The position numbers and the translations under genes are program-made. This document shows positions 11,348-21,211 of a stretch of DNA of 50,514 nucleotides, piece by piece; the stretch's first letter is position 1, and each line of letters begins with the position of its first letter. The notes beneath the pieces were generated by a model. It did not search any database and was not told the DNA's origin. It worked only from the letters and a program-made list of their open reading frames with translations. The stretch spans positions 1-50,514 of the forward strand of contig PKTW01000054.1 of the NCBI GenBank assembly GCA_002868955.1. Direction: 5' to 3'. Origin of the DNA: Desulfobulbaceae bacterium (GTDB taxonomy: Bacteria; Desulfobacterota; Desulfobulbia; Desulfobulbales; BM004).

Positions 11348-12094
11348 TCATCCCATAAACATTCCGCCGTTGACATGAATGGCCTGTCCGGTGATGTACC
11401 TGGCATCATCGGACGCCAGATAGGTCACGGCAGCGGCAATATCTTCAGGCTTGCCGAGGCTGCCAAGGGGTATTTCTGCAAGGATTTTTTCCCTGACTGC
11501 TTCCGGCAGCTCACTGGTCATATCCGTATCAATGTACCCCGGTGCCACACAGTTCACAGTGATGGCGCGGGATGCCAATTCTCTGGCGCTTGAGCGGGTA
11601 AGCCCTACCAGCCCGGCTTTGGCCGCCGAATAATTCGCCTGGCCGGCATTGCCTGCAAAGCCGACAACCGAGGTGATGATAATTATCCGGCCCCACCGCT
11701 GTTTCATCATGGGCCTGCACCCGGCCTTGATGCAGTTGAAGGCGCCTTTCAGGTTAACTGCCATGACCTCGTCCCAGGCTTCTTCTTTCATTGTTGCGAT
11801 GAGACCATCCCTGGTGATCCCGGCATTGCAGACCAGGATGTCTATCCTGCCGCATTCGGCGCTTATCTGCTTAAAAGCTTCCTGCACCTCAGCGCTCTTT
11901 GCCACATCAAATTTGAGTACGACACATTCACTCCCCAGGGCTTCAACTTGCGCCTTGGTCTCTTCCGCAGCTTGCGGCCGGCTGACATAGTTTATTACCA
12001 CCCTGGCCCCCATTTTAGCAAGACGCAAACAGATGGCACGACCAATTCCTCTGCTGCCGCCGGTGACAACCGCTACTTTCCCAGCCAGACTCAT
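11348..12094 (-). CDS. fabG: 3-oxoacyl-ACP reductase
   Basis: TGGSRGIG; NAGITRD; NYSAAKAG; VAPGYIDTDM; fab cluster context. Confidence 0.96.
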   Translation of the reverse strand: MSLAGKVAVVTGGSRGIGRAICLRLAKMGARVVINYVSRPQAAEETKAQVEALGSECVVLKFDVAKSAEVQEAFKQISAECGRIDILVCNAGITRDGLIATMKEEAWDEVMAVNLKGAFNCIKAGCRPMMKQRWGRIIIITSVVGFAGNAGQANYSAAKAGLVGLTRSSARELASRAITVNCVAPGYIDTDMTSELPEAVREKILAEIPLGSLGKPEDIAAAVTYLASDDARYITGQAIHVNGGMFMG

Positions 12095-13284
12095 TATCCC
12101 TTTTTCTCCTTGATCTTTTCTATCAATTTCGGCACTACCTCAAACAGGTCGCCCACTATGCCATAGGTGGCAACGTCAAAAATAGGGGCATGGGGGTCCT
12201 TGTTGATAGCCACAATGGTCTCTGAAGACTGCATCCCGACCACGTGCTGGATAGCCCCTGAAATACCGCAGGCAATATACAGTTTCGGGTTGACGGTTTT
12301 TCCTGTCTGCCCGACCTGGTGAGGATATTGGATCCATGCAGAATCAACCGCGGCCCGCGAAGCTCCTACTGCCCCGCCTACAGCGTCGGCCAGCTGCCGT
12401 ATAAGCTCAAAGCCTTTTTCATTATCCAGGCCGCGGCCTCCTGCAACAATAATATCACCCTCGGTGATATTGACCTGGTCCTGCTCCTCCAGGACATTGC
12501 GCAATACCCTGACCCTGGATTGCAGACGTTCAGCTTGCGGCCGGTAATCAATAATGTCTCCCCGCCTGTCAGGATCAGGTGTTGTGGTTTTCATGACCCG
12601 CGGTCTGACAGTTGCCATTTGCGGCCTGGTATAGGGACATTCTATTGTGGCCATTATATTGCCCCCAAAGGCCGGCCTCGTCTGCAGCAAAACGCCGTCT
12701 TCAGGCCTGATTGCCAGCTGGGTGCAGTCTGCAGTAAGACCGGTTGCCAAAGCAGTTGCGACCAGAGGGATAAATGAACGGCCAATGGCCGTGGCGCCGG
12801 CCAGGACGATTTCAGGCTTATGCTCCCGAATGACATCCTCCAGGATATTGCCGTATATTTCGTCCGTAAAGAATTCCAGGGCCGGATCATCAACCCGATA
12901 GACAAGATCAGCACCATACGACACGAGATCTTCGGCCGCCCCGTCCATAGCGGAACCGAGAAGAACAGCGCTCAAGGGTACTTTCTGCTGGTCAGCAAGC
13001 TGGCGCCCGATGCCAAGCAGCTCAAAGGATACCGGTGCCACTTTGCCATGCCGATATTCCGCATATATCATAATACCTGACCATTCGGCCAGGTCTGCCT
13101 GCGCAGTTTTCGCCGTGGCCTCAATACTCAGGGCCCCCGCTTCACAACTGTCAACACAGGATCCGCAGAGTGTGCACTTCTCATTGACCACGGCGACACC
13201 GTCAACAACCTTAATGGCCTCAAAAGTGCAAACCTCTTCGCAGACGCCACAGCCTATGCAGGTTTCTATATCAATTCGCAGCAT
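12094..13284 (-). CDS. etfA: Electron transfer flavoprotein alpha subunit with N-terminal 2x[4Fe-4S] ferredoxin domain (CarE-like)
   Basis: CIGCGVCEEVC and CTLCGSCVDSC; GLTADC; TRPAFGGN; QVGQTGK; GISGAIQH; stop overlaps the fabG start (TAATG). Confidence 0.93.
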   Translation of the reverse strand: MLRIDIETCIGCGVCEEVCTFEAIKVVDGVAVVNEKCTLCGSCVDSCEAGALSIEATAKTAQADLAEWSGIMIYAEYRHGKVAPVSFELLGIGRQLADQQKVPLSAVLLGSAMDGAAEDLVSYGADLVYRVDDPALEFFTDEIYGNILEDVIREHKPEIVLAGATAIGRSFIPLVATALATGLTADCTQLAIRPEDGVLLQTRPAFGGNIMATIECPYTRPQMATVRPRVMKTTTPDPDRRGDIIDYRPQAERLQSRVRVLRNVLEEQDQVNITEGDIIVAGGRGLDNEKGFELIRQLADAVGGAVGASRAAVDSAWIQYPHQVGQTGKTVNPKLYIACGISGAIQHVVGMQSSETIVAINKDPHAPIFDVATYGIVGDLFEVVPKLIEKIKEKKG

Positions 13285-13286
13285 AA

Positions 13287-14066
13287 TTAAAGATACGGTT
13301 CAAGTTTATGCACCAGCTGTTCAACCTGCTCATCAACAGTCCCGTGCAGCATTGCCCTTTGACCCTTGAATTCAGGCGAAAAGACCTTTACCACCTGGGT
13401 CGTGGAACCGGGAAGGCCGATGCTGTCAGGATCGGCCCCGATATCTTCAGCATTCAGGGTTTTAATGCTCAAACTTTTTGCCTTCATCTTTCCCTTCAAC
13501 GAGGGGACCCGCGGCTCATTTATTTCTTTAACCACGGTGAGCAGGCCCGGCAGCGGGATTTCTACTTCATCGTAACCGTCATCCATCAAGCGCTGCAGAG
13601 ACAAAACGCCCCTTTCAAAACCGGTTATTTTCCTGACATAACTGACATACGGGATATCCAAACGCTTGGCCAAGCCGGGGCCAACCTGGGCCGTATCCCC
13701 GTCAATGGCCTGTTTGCCGCAGACAATCAGATCAAAGGGGCCATTCTTCATAATGGCCTTGCCCAGGGTATAGGTAGTGGCCCAGGTATCGGCACCTGCA
13801 AAAGCACGGTCGGAAACAAGAACCGCGGCGTCTGCCCCGCAGGCAACAGCCTCCCGCAGAACAGTCTCTGCCTGTGGCGGGCCCATACTGACAACAGTTA
13901 CCGTGCCGCCATGCTGCTCTTTGAGGCGTACAGCCTCCTCCAGCGCATGCCGGTCAAAGGGGTTCATGATGGACTCCACCCCTTCCCGTGCCATGGTGTT
14001 GGTCTTGGGGTCCAGACGGACATCTTTGGCGTCAGGGACCTGTTTTATGCAAACAATAATGTTCAT
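13287..14066 (-). CDS. etfB: Electron transfer flavoprotein beta subunit
   Basis: IIVCIKQVPD; NPFD; SMGP; FAGADTWAT; GKQAIDGDTAQVG; INEPR. Confidence 0.95.
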   Translation of the reverse strand: MNIIVCIKQVPDAKDVRLDPKTNTMAREGVESIMNPFDRHALEEAVRLKEQHGGTVTVVSMGPPQAETVLREAVACGADAAVLVSDRAFAGADTWATTYTLGKAIMKNGPFDLIVCGKQAIDGDTAQVGPGLAKRLDIPYVSYVRKITGFERGVLSLQRLMDDGYDEVEIPLPGLLTVVKEINEPRVPSLKGKMKAKSLSIKTLNAEDIGADPDSIGLPGSTTQVVKVFSPEFKGQRAMLHGTVDEQVEQLVHKLEPYL

Positions 14067-14121
14067 GGGGTGCTTTTAATAAATTTAACGTTGCTTGTGA
14101 ACTGTGGATATTTCCTTGCGG

Positions 14122-15279
14122 TCAGATTTTTTTAGTATATTCCTTGTTGAGCTCCTGGCCTATGACATTTCTCTGGATTTGGTTTGTCCCTTCATATATC
14201 TGGAGTATTTTTGCATCACGCATCATTTTCTCCACGGGATATTCGCGCATATAGCCATAACCCCCAAGAACCTGGACCGCATTGGTGGTGACTTTCATTG
14301 CCATGTCGGTGGCAAAAACCTTACACATGGATGAGGCTTTAGACATATCTTTCGGATGGGCGGCTATATGCTTGGCGGCAGCATAAACCAGGGCCCTGGA
14401 TGCCTCAACCTCCATCGCCATATCAGCCAGCATATGCTGGATCGCCTGAAATGAGATAATCGGCTTACCGAATTGGACCCGTTGTTTAGCATATGTTACC
14501 GCTTCATCGAGTGCTGCCTGCCCTAATCCCACGCCCAGAATCGCAATTCCCGGGCGGGACAGATCCAGCGTTTTCATGACTGTTATAAATCCCATACCCT
14601 CACGCCCGATTAAGCGATCCTTGGGAATACGACAGTTCTTGAAAATCAATTCACAGGTGGCGGAAGCCCGGATACCCATTTTCTTTTCTTTTGGTCCACA
14701 GGAAAATCCCGGGTCAGTGTCTTCAACCACAAACATGGAAGCGCCGCGCGCGCCCTTGCTCCTGTCGGTAATGGCAACTACTGAATAAATTTGTGCTTCA
14801 CCGGCATTGGTTATCCACTGCTTGGTACCGTTCAGCACCCATTCGTCACCATCGGGTACAGCCGTGGTCTGGATTCCTGATGCATCACTGCCGGCATTTG
14901 CTTCGGTGAGGGCAAAAGCGGCTTTCTTTTTCCCACTTGCAACATCCGGCATATATTTTTGTTTCATTTCTTCGCTACCGGACAATAATATTGGATAAGC
15001 CCCCAGGGCACTGGCAGCAAAGCTTGTCGCAATTGCTACACAGCCACGCCCGAATTGTTCCAATGCCAGTACTATTTCAAAACAGCCGCCTCCGTATCCA
15101 CCATATTCTTCCGGGATGTAAAGACCAAAAAGATCTGCCTGGGCAATATCGTTAAGTATTTCTGTGGCAAACTCTTCTTTTTCATCGAGCTCTGCCCGTA
15201 CTGGTATAATTTTATCATCCGCTATCTGCCGGGCAATATCGACGATCATCTGTTGTTCTTCGGTTAAAAAATAGTCCAC
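14122..15279 (-). CDS. Acyl-CoA dehydrogenase (butyryl-CoA dehydrogenase/CarC-like)
   Basis: FALTEANAGSDA; NGTKQWITN; KMGIRAS; RVQFGKPI; GGYGY; QIYEGTNQIQ with catalytic Glu; GTG start with AAGGGG RBS. Confidence 0.93.
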   Translation of the reverse strand: MDYFLTEEQQMIVDIARQIADDKIIPVRAELDEKEEFATEILNDIAQADLFGLYIPEEYGGYGGGCFEIVLALEQFGRGCVAIATSFAASALGAYPILLSGSEEMKQKYMPDVASGKKKAAFALTEANAGSDASGIQTTAVPDGDEWVLNGTKQWITNAGEAQIYSVVAITDRSKGARGASMFVVEDTDPGFSCGPKEKKMGIRASATCELIFKNCRIPKDRLIGREGMGFITVMKTLDLSRPGIAILGVGLGQAALDEAVTYAKQRVQFGKPIISFQAIQHMLADMAMEVEASRALVYAAAKHIAAHPKDMSKASSMCKVFATDMAMKVTTNAVQVLGGYGYMREYPVEKMMRDAKILQIYEGTNQIQRNVIGQELNKEYTKKI

Positions 15280-15511
15280 GATTATCCCCTTGGTTTTCAG
15301 TATTCCCTAAATTTGATACATCCGTGAAAGTCTCACCGGGCAGCTACAGGGCCTCATAAATTAATGTGGTACAGGTGAAAACCGGTCCGTCGAATGTTTT
15401 CTGCGCGACCGACAATATTTTGAAATTCAGAAATAACAAAGTTTTATACTCTGTTCTCTACCCTGCAGGCAAGCTCAAAACAAATATATTTCTGCAGAAT
15501 CATCAAATGGG

Positions 15512-16516
15512 CTACCAGCGCCAGAGCACCACTCCCCACGTAAAACCTCCGCCAAATACGCTGAATAACAGGAGGTCTCCTTTTTGCAGCCGTCCTTCAC
15601 GGTTGGCCTCATCAAGGGCTGCGGGAAGACTGGCTGCAGATGAGTTACCATACTTTTGAATGGTGGTATAGACCTTTTTAAAGGGCAGGTTGACCCGTTC
15701 GGCCAGGCTCTTGAGAATCCTGATATTGGCCTGGTGCGGAATGAGAAGGCTGACGTCATCCAGCGTGATCCCTTCCCGCTCGAGCAGATTTTCAACAGCA
15801 TTTCCCATTTCACGTACAGCATGTTTAAAAACATCCTTTCCGACCATGTTGAATGCCGAACCATCACAAAATTTGTTGCGCTCTGGAACGGCACCATAAT
15901 CTACAGCAGGGCAGTAACGGCGTGGCGCAGCATCCAGCGACAGCAGTTGCCAAAGACGCCCATCACTGTAAAGCTGGCTGGCAAGCATACCTGCATCGCT
16001 TTTACTGCCTGAAACGACACAGGCACCGGCACCATCCCCGAAAAGAACACAGGTATTACGGTCCTGCCAGTCTACCCGGGATGAAAGTGTCTCCGCTCCT
16101 ATCACCAGGATTTTCATGTCAGGAGCATTCTTTAAATACCTGTCTGCAATCTCCAGGGCATAGACAAAACCGGAACAGGCTGCACTGACATCAAAGGCAA
16201 AGGCGGTCTCAGCACCGATTTCCTTCTGGACAAGGCAGGCACACGAGGGCATTACCATTTCGGCAGTGATGGTGCCCACAATTATCATGTCCAGTTCCAG
16301 GGCGGTAATACCAGCCATCTCCATGGCACTGATGGCAGCCCGGGTTGCCATTTTTGACGTCTCTTCACCGGGGCCGGCTATTCTTCTGCTCCTGATACCT
16401 GTACGGGTGGTTATCCATTCATCACTGGTCCTGACGATCTTTTCCAGTTCCTTGTTGGTCAGAATGTACTTTGGCAGATATGAACCTGTGCCGATAATAG
16501 TTGCCCTACCGGTCAT
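15512..16516 (-). CDS. fabH: 3-oxoacyl-ACP synthase III
   Basis: TSDEWITTRTGI; Cys-His-Asn triad in AACSGF, PHQAN, GNSSAAS; FGDGAGA; FGGGFTWG. Confidence 0.96.
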   Translation of the reverse strand: MTGRATIIGTGSYLPKYILTNKELEKIVRTSDEWITTRTGIRSRRIAGPGEETSKMATRAAISAMEMAGITALELDMIIVGTITAEMVMPSCACLVQKEIGAETAFAFDVSAACSGFVYALEIADRYLKNAPDMKILVIGAETLSSRVDWQDRNTCVLFGDGAGACVVSGSKSDAGMLASQLYSDGRLWQLLSLDAAPRRYCPAVDYGAVPERNKFCDGSAFNMVGKDVFKHAVREMGNAVENLLEREGITLDDVSLLIPHQANIRILKSLAERVNLPFKKVYTTIQKYGNSSAASLPAALDEANREGRLQKGDLLLFSVFGGGFTWGVVLWRW

Positions 16517-17574
16517 GCATCTTCTCCCGGCCCTATGACTGCAGCGGTCTCCTTCGGCTCTGTCTGAGCAGACCTCTGGTCAGACTCGGAAAGAAGCTGA
16601 AGTATATGGTAGTTTACTTTGCTGCGGATCATTTCTGCGGCTACCTTTATGGCATTCTTAATGGCTTTGGCATTGGAACGGCCATGGCAGACAATTCCCG
16701 TACCGTTTATACCCAGCAAGGGGGCACCCCCGTATTCAGCGTAATCAACCCTTTTGCCGAAGTTGCCAAAGGCCTTTTTAGCCAGCAGATATCCCATTTT
16801 CGCCATAAAACTCTTTGACATTTCAATGCGCAGCATGGAAATAATTGCTTCAGCCAGGCCCTCGCTCACTTTCAAACAGACATTGCCGACAAAACCGTCA
16901 CAGACAATAACGTCAACATTACCCTGGAAAATATCCCGGCCTTCAACATTACCGATAAAATTAAGTGAACTCTTCCGAAAGAGTTCGTGGGCGCTCTTGA
17001 CCAGGACATTTCCCTTGCCTCCCTCTTCTCCAATGCTGAGCAGGCCGATGCTTGGCCTTTTGATCCGGAAGAGGTTGTCTGAAAATGCTGCACCCATAAC
17101 GCCAAACTGGAACAAATGCTGTGGGCGGCAGTCGACATTTGCCCCCACATCCATCATAACAAGGGGCTTTTTCAGAGTTGGGAATGCGTTTGCAATACCG
17201 GGCCTTGATATGTTTTCCAGACGGCCCAGTGACCTGATGGCTGAGGCCAGGGTAGCGCCGGAATTCCCTGCGCTGACAACAGCATCAGCTTCACCTTTCT
17301 TGACGCAGGCAAATGCTTTTACTATGGATGAGTCCTTCTTTTTCCGTATAGCTTCAAAAGGCGGCTCATCCATGGAAACTGTTTGTGAAGCATGAATGAC
17401 ATGCAACCTGGAGGGGGGCAAGGACTGCTTCTGTAATACTCTGTTGAGAATATTTTCATCACCGATGAGTACTACATTCAGGTCAGACTCCTCAACAGCC
17501 TGTATCGCCCCGGCAACCATCTCGTCCGGGCCCAGCTCGCCACCCATGGCATCCAGGGCAATACGCAATGTCAC
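16513..17574 (-). CDS. plsX: Phosphate acyltransferase PlsX
   Basis: IALDAMGG; SAGNSGA; DVGAN; IGEEGGKG; CDGFVGN; GGAPLLG; HGRS. Confidence 0.96.
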   Translation of the reverse strand: MTLRIALDAMGGELGPDEMVAGAIQAVEESDLNVVLIGDENILNRVLQKQSLPPSRLHVIHASQTVSMDEPPFEAIRKKKDSSIVKAFACVKKGEADAVVSAGNSGATLASAIRSLGRLENISRPGIANAFPTLKKPLVMMDVGANVDCRPQHLFQFGVMGAAFSDNLFRIKRPSIGLLSIGEEGGKGNVLVKSAHELFRKSSLNFIGNVEGRDIFQGNVDVIVCDGFVGNVCLKVSEGLAEAIISMLRIEMSKSFMAKMGYLLAKKAFGNFGKRVDYAEYGGAPLLGINGTGIVCHGRSNAKAIKNAIKVAAEMIRSKVNYHILQLLSESDQRSAQTEPKETAAVIGPGEDA

Positions 17575-17577
17575 GTT

Positions 17578-17766
17578 TTACTCCATTTCTTCTTCAAGCT
17601 TGATTACGGTTCTATCCTTGTAGGTGCCGCAGCCGCCGCATAGCCTGTGCGAGAGCTTCGGCTCTCCGCATTTGGGGCAGCTTGAGACAGACGCAGGAGT
17701 TAACGAATCATGGGATCGTCTTTTCCTTGTTCTTGAATGGGAATGTCTACGTTTGGGTAAAGCCAC
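17578..17766 (-). CDS. rpmF: 50S ribosomal protein L32
   Basis: MALPKRRHS..R..KRRSH; CPKC and CGGC zinc ligands; GGAGG RBS. Confidence 0.96.
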   Translation of the reverse strand: MALPKRRHSHSRTRKRRSHDSLTPASVSSCPKCGEPKLSHRLCGGCGTYKDRTVIKLEEEME

Positions 17767-17877
17767 TTTCTAACCTCCGAATATATATATAATTTTCTTT
17801 TACAGTATAATTTATGAAGAACTAAAAATTTCTTCCAAAAAATCTGCTTTGTAATTGCCCAATACTAAACAGCGGAG

Positions 17878-17905
17878 ACTATAAAAAATTATCTATGGTT
17901 GTCAA
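17878..17905 (-). promoter_or_regulatory. Putative sigma70 promoter of the rpmF-plsX-fab operon
   Basis: Minus strand TTGACA-16 nt-TATAGT, about 110 nt upstream of rpmF. Confidence 0.5.
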
Positions 17906-18001
17906 GTCAATTTTCCGGTTGAAGCGCTCTTTATTACAACTCATAGGGCTTTTTATCCCCCACATCATTTATCACATCCAACCGGGTTGTAAAAATCAGT
18001 A

Positions 18002-18511
18002 TCACAAACAGCGGCACGGCTCTGTCCTCATGTTCCGCAGCCAACTCAAAATAGCCAGTATAATAAAGAAATTAGCGGAAAAGAGGCTGTATTGTCCTGC
18101 CATTCCTGCCATATTTGAGAACTTTTCAATTACATACCCGAGGGGATAACTGACTATTATGGAAGAAAGGGCAAGATACCCAATGGTATGTGCGAAAAAC
18201 AACAAAAAAGCTGTCAGGAGTTTTCCCACATGAAAAAACATGTTCTCCTTCAAGCGTCCAAGCGCTCGTTCCGCAACCAGAAGAACATAGCCTAACAGCG
18301 CTCCCGGCAGGAGGGTCCAGAGAACCAGGAAGGAGTCCACTTCATGGAAATACGAAAAAAGCAGGGAGATTGCAGCAGTTATAAATAAATATGCCAATAC
18401 CATTACGGTTACGGCATAAGCACCTGGCCTTAAGGGCTGACCGTCAAAAATCCTGGCCTTTGACACCCGGCGAAATCTGCTTCTTTTTTTCCCTATGCCT
18501 TCTGTATACAT
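18002..18511 (-). CDS. Hypothetical integral membrane protein
   Basis: 169-aa ORF with a basic N-terminus and 4-5 hydrophobic segments; no family recognised. Confidence 0.55.
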   Translation of the reverse strand: MYTEGIGKKRSRFRRVSKARIFDGQPLRPGAYAVTVMVLAYLFITAAISLLFSYFHEVDSFLVLWTLLPGALLGYVLLVAERALGRLKENMFFHVGKLLTAFLLFFAHTIGYLALSSIIVSYPLGYVIEKFSNMAGMAGQYSLFSANFFIILAILSWLRNMRTEPCRCL

Positions 18512-18705
18512 TGCAATAATATTTATCGGTAATGACTGCTTTTCCGGCTTTTATTTCCCGGGCAGCATTTTTATGACATATCGGATTGTCACAGGGAAGC
18601 AGTGTTTCTGGAACAAATCACACCATTGCAAGACCTGTCTGTCTCTGTCGTGATCCGTGATAGGATGGATACGTTTTCTTTTGGGGTTTACCAATAACGG
18701 CTGCG

Positions 18706-19197
18706 TCAAAGCAATTCAGAAATGCGTTCGCCCGCCTTTCTTAATCTTTTATTCATGATATACAGCATGCGCTTCAAAATTTTGATGGCAAGTGTGGGAT
18801 TTTTTGCAATAAGCTCCTCCATCTTCCGGACTGAGAGGGTAAGAAGCCTGCTTGGTTCGACGGCTATAACGTCATTAGAGCGGGGCCCACTGTCTAGAAA
18901 AGCCCCCTCTCCGACCATGGCACCTTTTTCAAGAATAGCGATGATTATATTTTTATCCCAATATTCTGTTTTGTTTTTAACAACCAGTTTGCCTTCAATT
19001 AAAAAGCCCACGTAATCATCGGCGCTAACCCCCTCCTTGAATACAACAGCATCTGCCGGCCACTCCCGCAGTTCGAGATAGGAGCACAATTCTTCCGTCT
19101 CCGCGGCGGAAAGAAAGCTGAAGGCCTGCCTGATATCTTCTGAACGTGCATCACAACAGGCACACTTGATGGAATTTAAGGAGTTGATGGAATTCAT
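18706..19197 (-). CDS. Stand-alone cyclic nucleotide-binding domain protein (no HTH)
   Basis: VFKEG; FLIEGKLVV; phosphate-binding cassette GEGAFLDSGPRSNDV; C-helix; ends before any DNA-binding domain. Confidence 0.85.
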   Translation of the reverse strand: MNSINSLNSIKCACCDARSEDIRQAFSFLSAAETEELCSYLELREWPADAVVFKEGVSADDYVGFLIEGKLVVKNKTEYWDKNIIIAILEKGAMVGEGAFLDSGPRSNDVIAVEPSRLLTLSVRKMEELIAKNPTLAIKILKRMLYIMNKRLRKAGERISELL

Positions 19198-19206
19198 GCT
19201 GACAGA

Positions 19207-19866
19207 CTAGTTTGATGCTTCCGGTTTTTCAAGCTGCTTTGAGATCTTTTCCACCAGGCCGGCAAACTGCTCCTTCCGGATAATGGAATCAAAATCCCTG
19301 CGATAATTGACAATGAGGCTGACATTTTCGATCTTTAAATCATTTATCAGCCATTTACCCTTATTTTTCGCCAACCTGTAAACAATCGGGATCTCCAGAT
19401 CCTTGTCAATAATAGCAGTATACACCATGGCTTTATCGCCTTTTACAAGCTGTTTCTTGTAAACAACTTTCTGGTTGTTGTAGGAATCGATCTTGCCGAT
19501 ATACCGCTGTTCTACAAGAGTGGTGAACAGGCCGACAAACGTATCCTTTTCTTCAGGGGTCAGGGTGTTCCAGCTCTGCCCCAGAGAACTCCTGGCCATT
19601 TCCCTGAAATCAAACATATCGGCAACTATGTTGAGAACAAGTTGATGCCGTTCGTCTTTTTTTTCAGGCCCCTTCAACTCAGCAGACTGTAAAATTTTCA
19701 AAATATCATCGACTGCTACCTGCAACTGGTCCATGGGTTTTTCTGTTGCAGACGCAGACCCCCCTGTAGCAATCGTAAAAACAGACACGGTCAGCAGCAG
19801 AACAACAAGCAGAATTATCGATTGTAACATACTTTTGCGCATCACTACCATACCCTTTCCTTTCAA
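19207..19866 (-). CDS. mlaC: MlaC/Ttg2D periplasmic phospholipid-binding protein
   Basis: Signal peptide; FDFREMARSSLG..W; W.INDLKIENVSLIVNYRRDF; mla context. Confidence 0.9.
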   Translation of the reverse strand: MKGKGMVVMRKSMLQSIILLVVLLLTVSVFTIATGGSASATEKPMDQLQVAVDDILKILQSAELKGPEKKDERHQLVLNIVADMFDFREMARSSLGQSWNTLTPEEKDTFVGLFTTLVEQRYIGKIDSYNNQKVVYKKQLVKGDKAMVYTAIIDKDLEIPIVYRLAKNKGKWLINDLKIENVSLIVNYRRDFDSIIRKEQFAGLVEKISKQLEKPEASN

Positions 19867-19886
19867 TATTTATTTCAAGAAGAACT

Positions 19887-20693
19887 CTATTTGTTTTCTA
19901 TTAGACCTTTTCTATACTGCTGATAGGCATCTTTAACCGCTGCATAGGGATCAAGCGCCGTTTCGGTAAACAATTCATAATCACCAAGGGTAAGTGCGGT
20001 ATAGTTTACCCTTTCTAAAGTCCAGGCACCAATGGTCACTTCCCAGCCAGCATCAAGCAGAATTATAGGATGCACAAATGCGTCACCAAACATTCCCAGG
20101 GAATCCCTGAAATTTGAGGGGCCCAGGAACGGCCAGTTGATATAAAACAGGCCTCCTGCTCCGTAATGGGCAAGGGTCTGGCCGAAATCCTCGTCTGAAG
20201 AATGCAGATCCAGAACATCCCTGGCAAAATCACCGAGGCCGATTATGCCGACTGTAGAGTTAAGGGCAAATCGCACCACCTCCTCGGATGAATCTCTGAC
20301 TCTGCCCTGCAGCAGGCAATTGACCGCCCTGGCAGGCGCCCGCAGGTTATCATAGAAGTTTCTGATACTAATCTGCAGTTCTTCCGCAAAGAAACCTGCA
20401 TAGACCCTGGCAACCGGTTTCAATACCCAGTAATAAAGCTTGTCATTGAAATGAAAAAAGAAACGGTTGAGGGGTTCCAGGGGATCGGCAATAGTATCCG
20501 TTGATTCCCACTCATTTTCCCAATTCTCCTCCCAGGCGTCATCCTCTGAACCATCGGCGCCTGCAGCCTGAACAGATAGAGGAACAGCCTCCGCAGCAGC
20601 AGAAAAATCTGCTGCGTCACCAGCCCACACATGGCTTGTCGTGATCAACAGGGATACAATACATCCCGCCTGGAGAATAAAGCTTCTTTTCAT
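19887..20693 (-). CDS. mlaA: MlaA/VacJ family protein
   Basis: DPLEPLNR..FHFND; RFALNSTVGIIG; EDFGQTL; PFLGPSNFRD; DPY..VKDAY.Q. Confidence 0.92.
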   Translation of the reverse strand: MKRSFILQAGCIVSLLITTSHVWAGDAADFSAAAEAVPLSVQAAGADGSEDDAWEENWENEWESTDTIADPLEPLNRFFFHFNDKLYYWVLKPVARVYAGFFAEELQISIRNFYDNLRAPARAVNCLLQGRVRDSSEEVVRFALNSTVGIIGLGDFARDVLDLHSSDEDFGQTLAHYGAGGLFYINWPFLGPSNFRDSLGMFGDAFVHPIILLDAGWEVTIGAWTLERVNYTALTLGDYELFTETALDPYAAVKDAYQQYRKGLIENK

Positions 20694-20761
20694 GGTTAGT
20701 TAATGTGAAACCATCACTCTGGCTGACGCTGCATGGCTTGAACAAAACAGGCAACAATTAA

Positions 20762-21211
20762 TTACTCGGCCTTAAAAATATACTTGCTTACAAGTGCCTC
20801 AAAATCTATGGAGGATTGCGTATCAAAAATTCCTTCACCATCTGCAAGCATTTCCTCATCGGCCCCCTGGATGATTTTAATATACTTATCCCCGATAAGC
20901 CCCTGGGTCCTGATGGAGGCAATGGCATCCGCACTGATATTGACTTCCGATTTGATGAGCATTTCAACCCTGGCAAGACCCTGCTCACCAAGTTCAATTT
21001 TTCCGACCTTGCCGACACCCACCCCTGCTATCTCAACAACTGCCCCGACTTTAAGGCCGGAGACATTATCAAATTCAGCCTCCAATCTGTAGTTTTTCTC
21101 CAAATCAAAAATAGAGAACTCCCCCATCTGCAGTGAAAGGTAGCCAAAGGCCAGAAACCCGGCAAGCATGAACAGCCCAACGATTATTTCCGTATTAATA
21201 TTCTTCATCAT
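20762..21211 (-). CDS. mlaD: MlaD (MCE domain protein)
   Basis: EIIVGLF; FDNVSGLKVGA.V.IAGV.VG.V; IRTQGLIGDKYI. Confidence 0.93.
   Translation of the reverse strand: MMKNINTEIIVGLFMLAGFLAFGYLSLQMGEFSIFDLEKNYRLEAEFDNVSGLKVGAVVEIAGVGVGKVGKIELGEQGLARVEMLIKSEVNISADAIASIRTQGLIGDKYIKIIQGADEEMLADGEGIFDTQSSIDFEALVSKYIFKAE

Noticed and set aside
15311-15415. Possible MITE/REP remnant between fabH and the ACAD gene
   Set aside because: The putative terminal repeats are too degenerate, and I found no second copy in the window.
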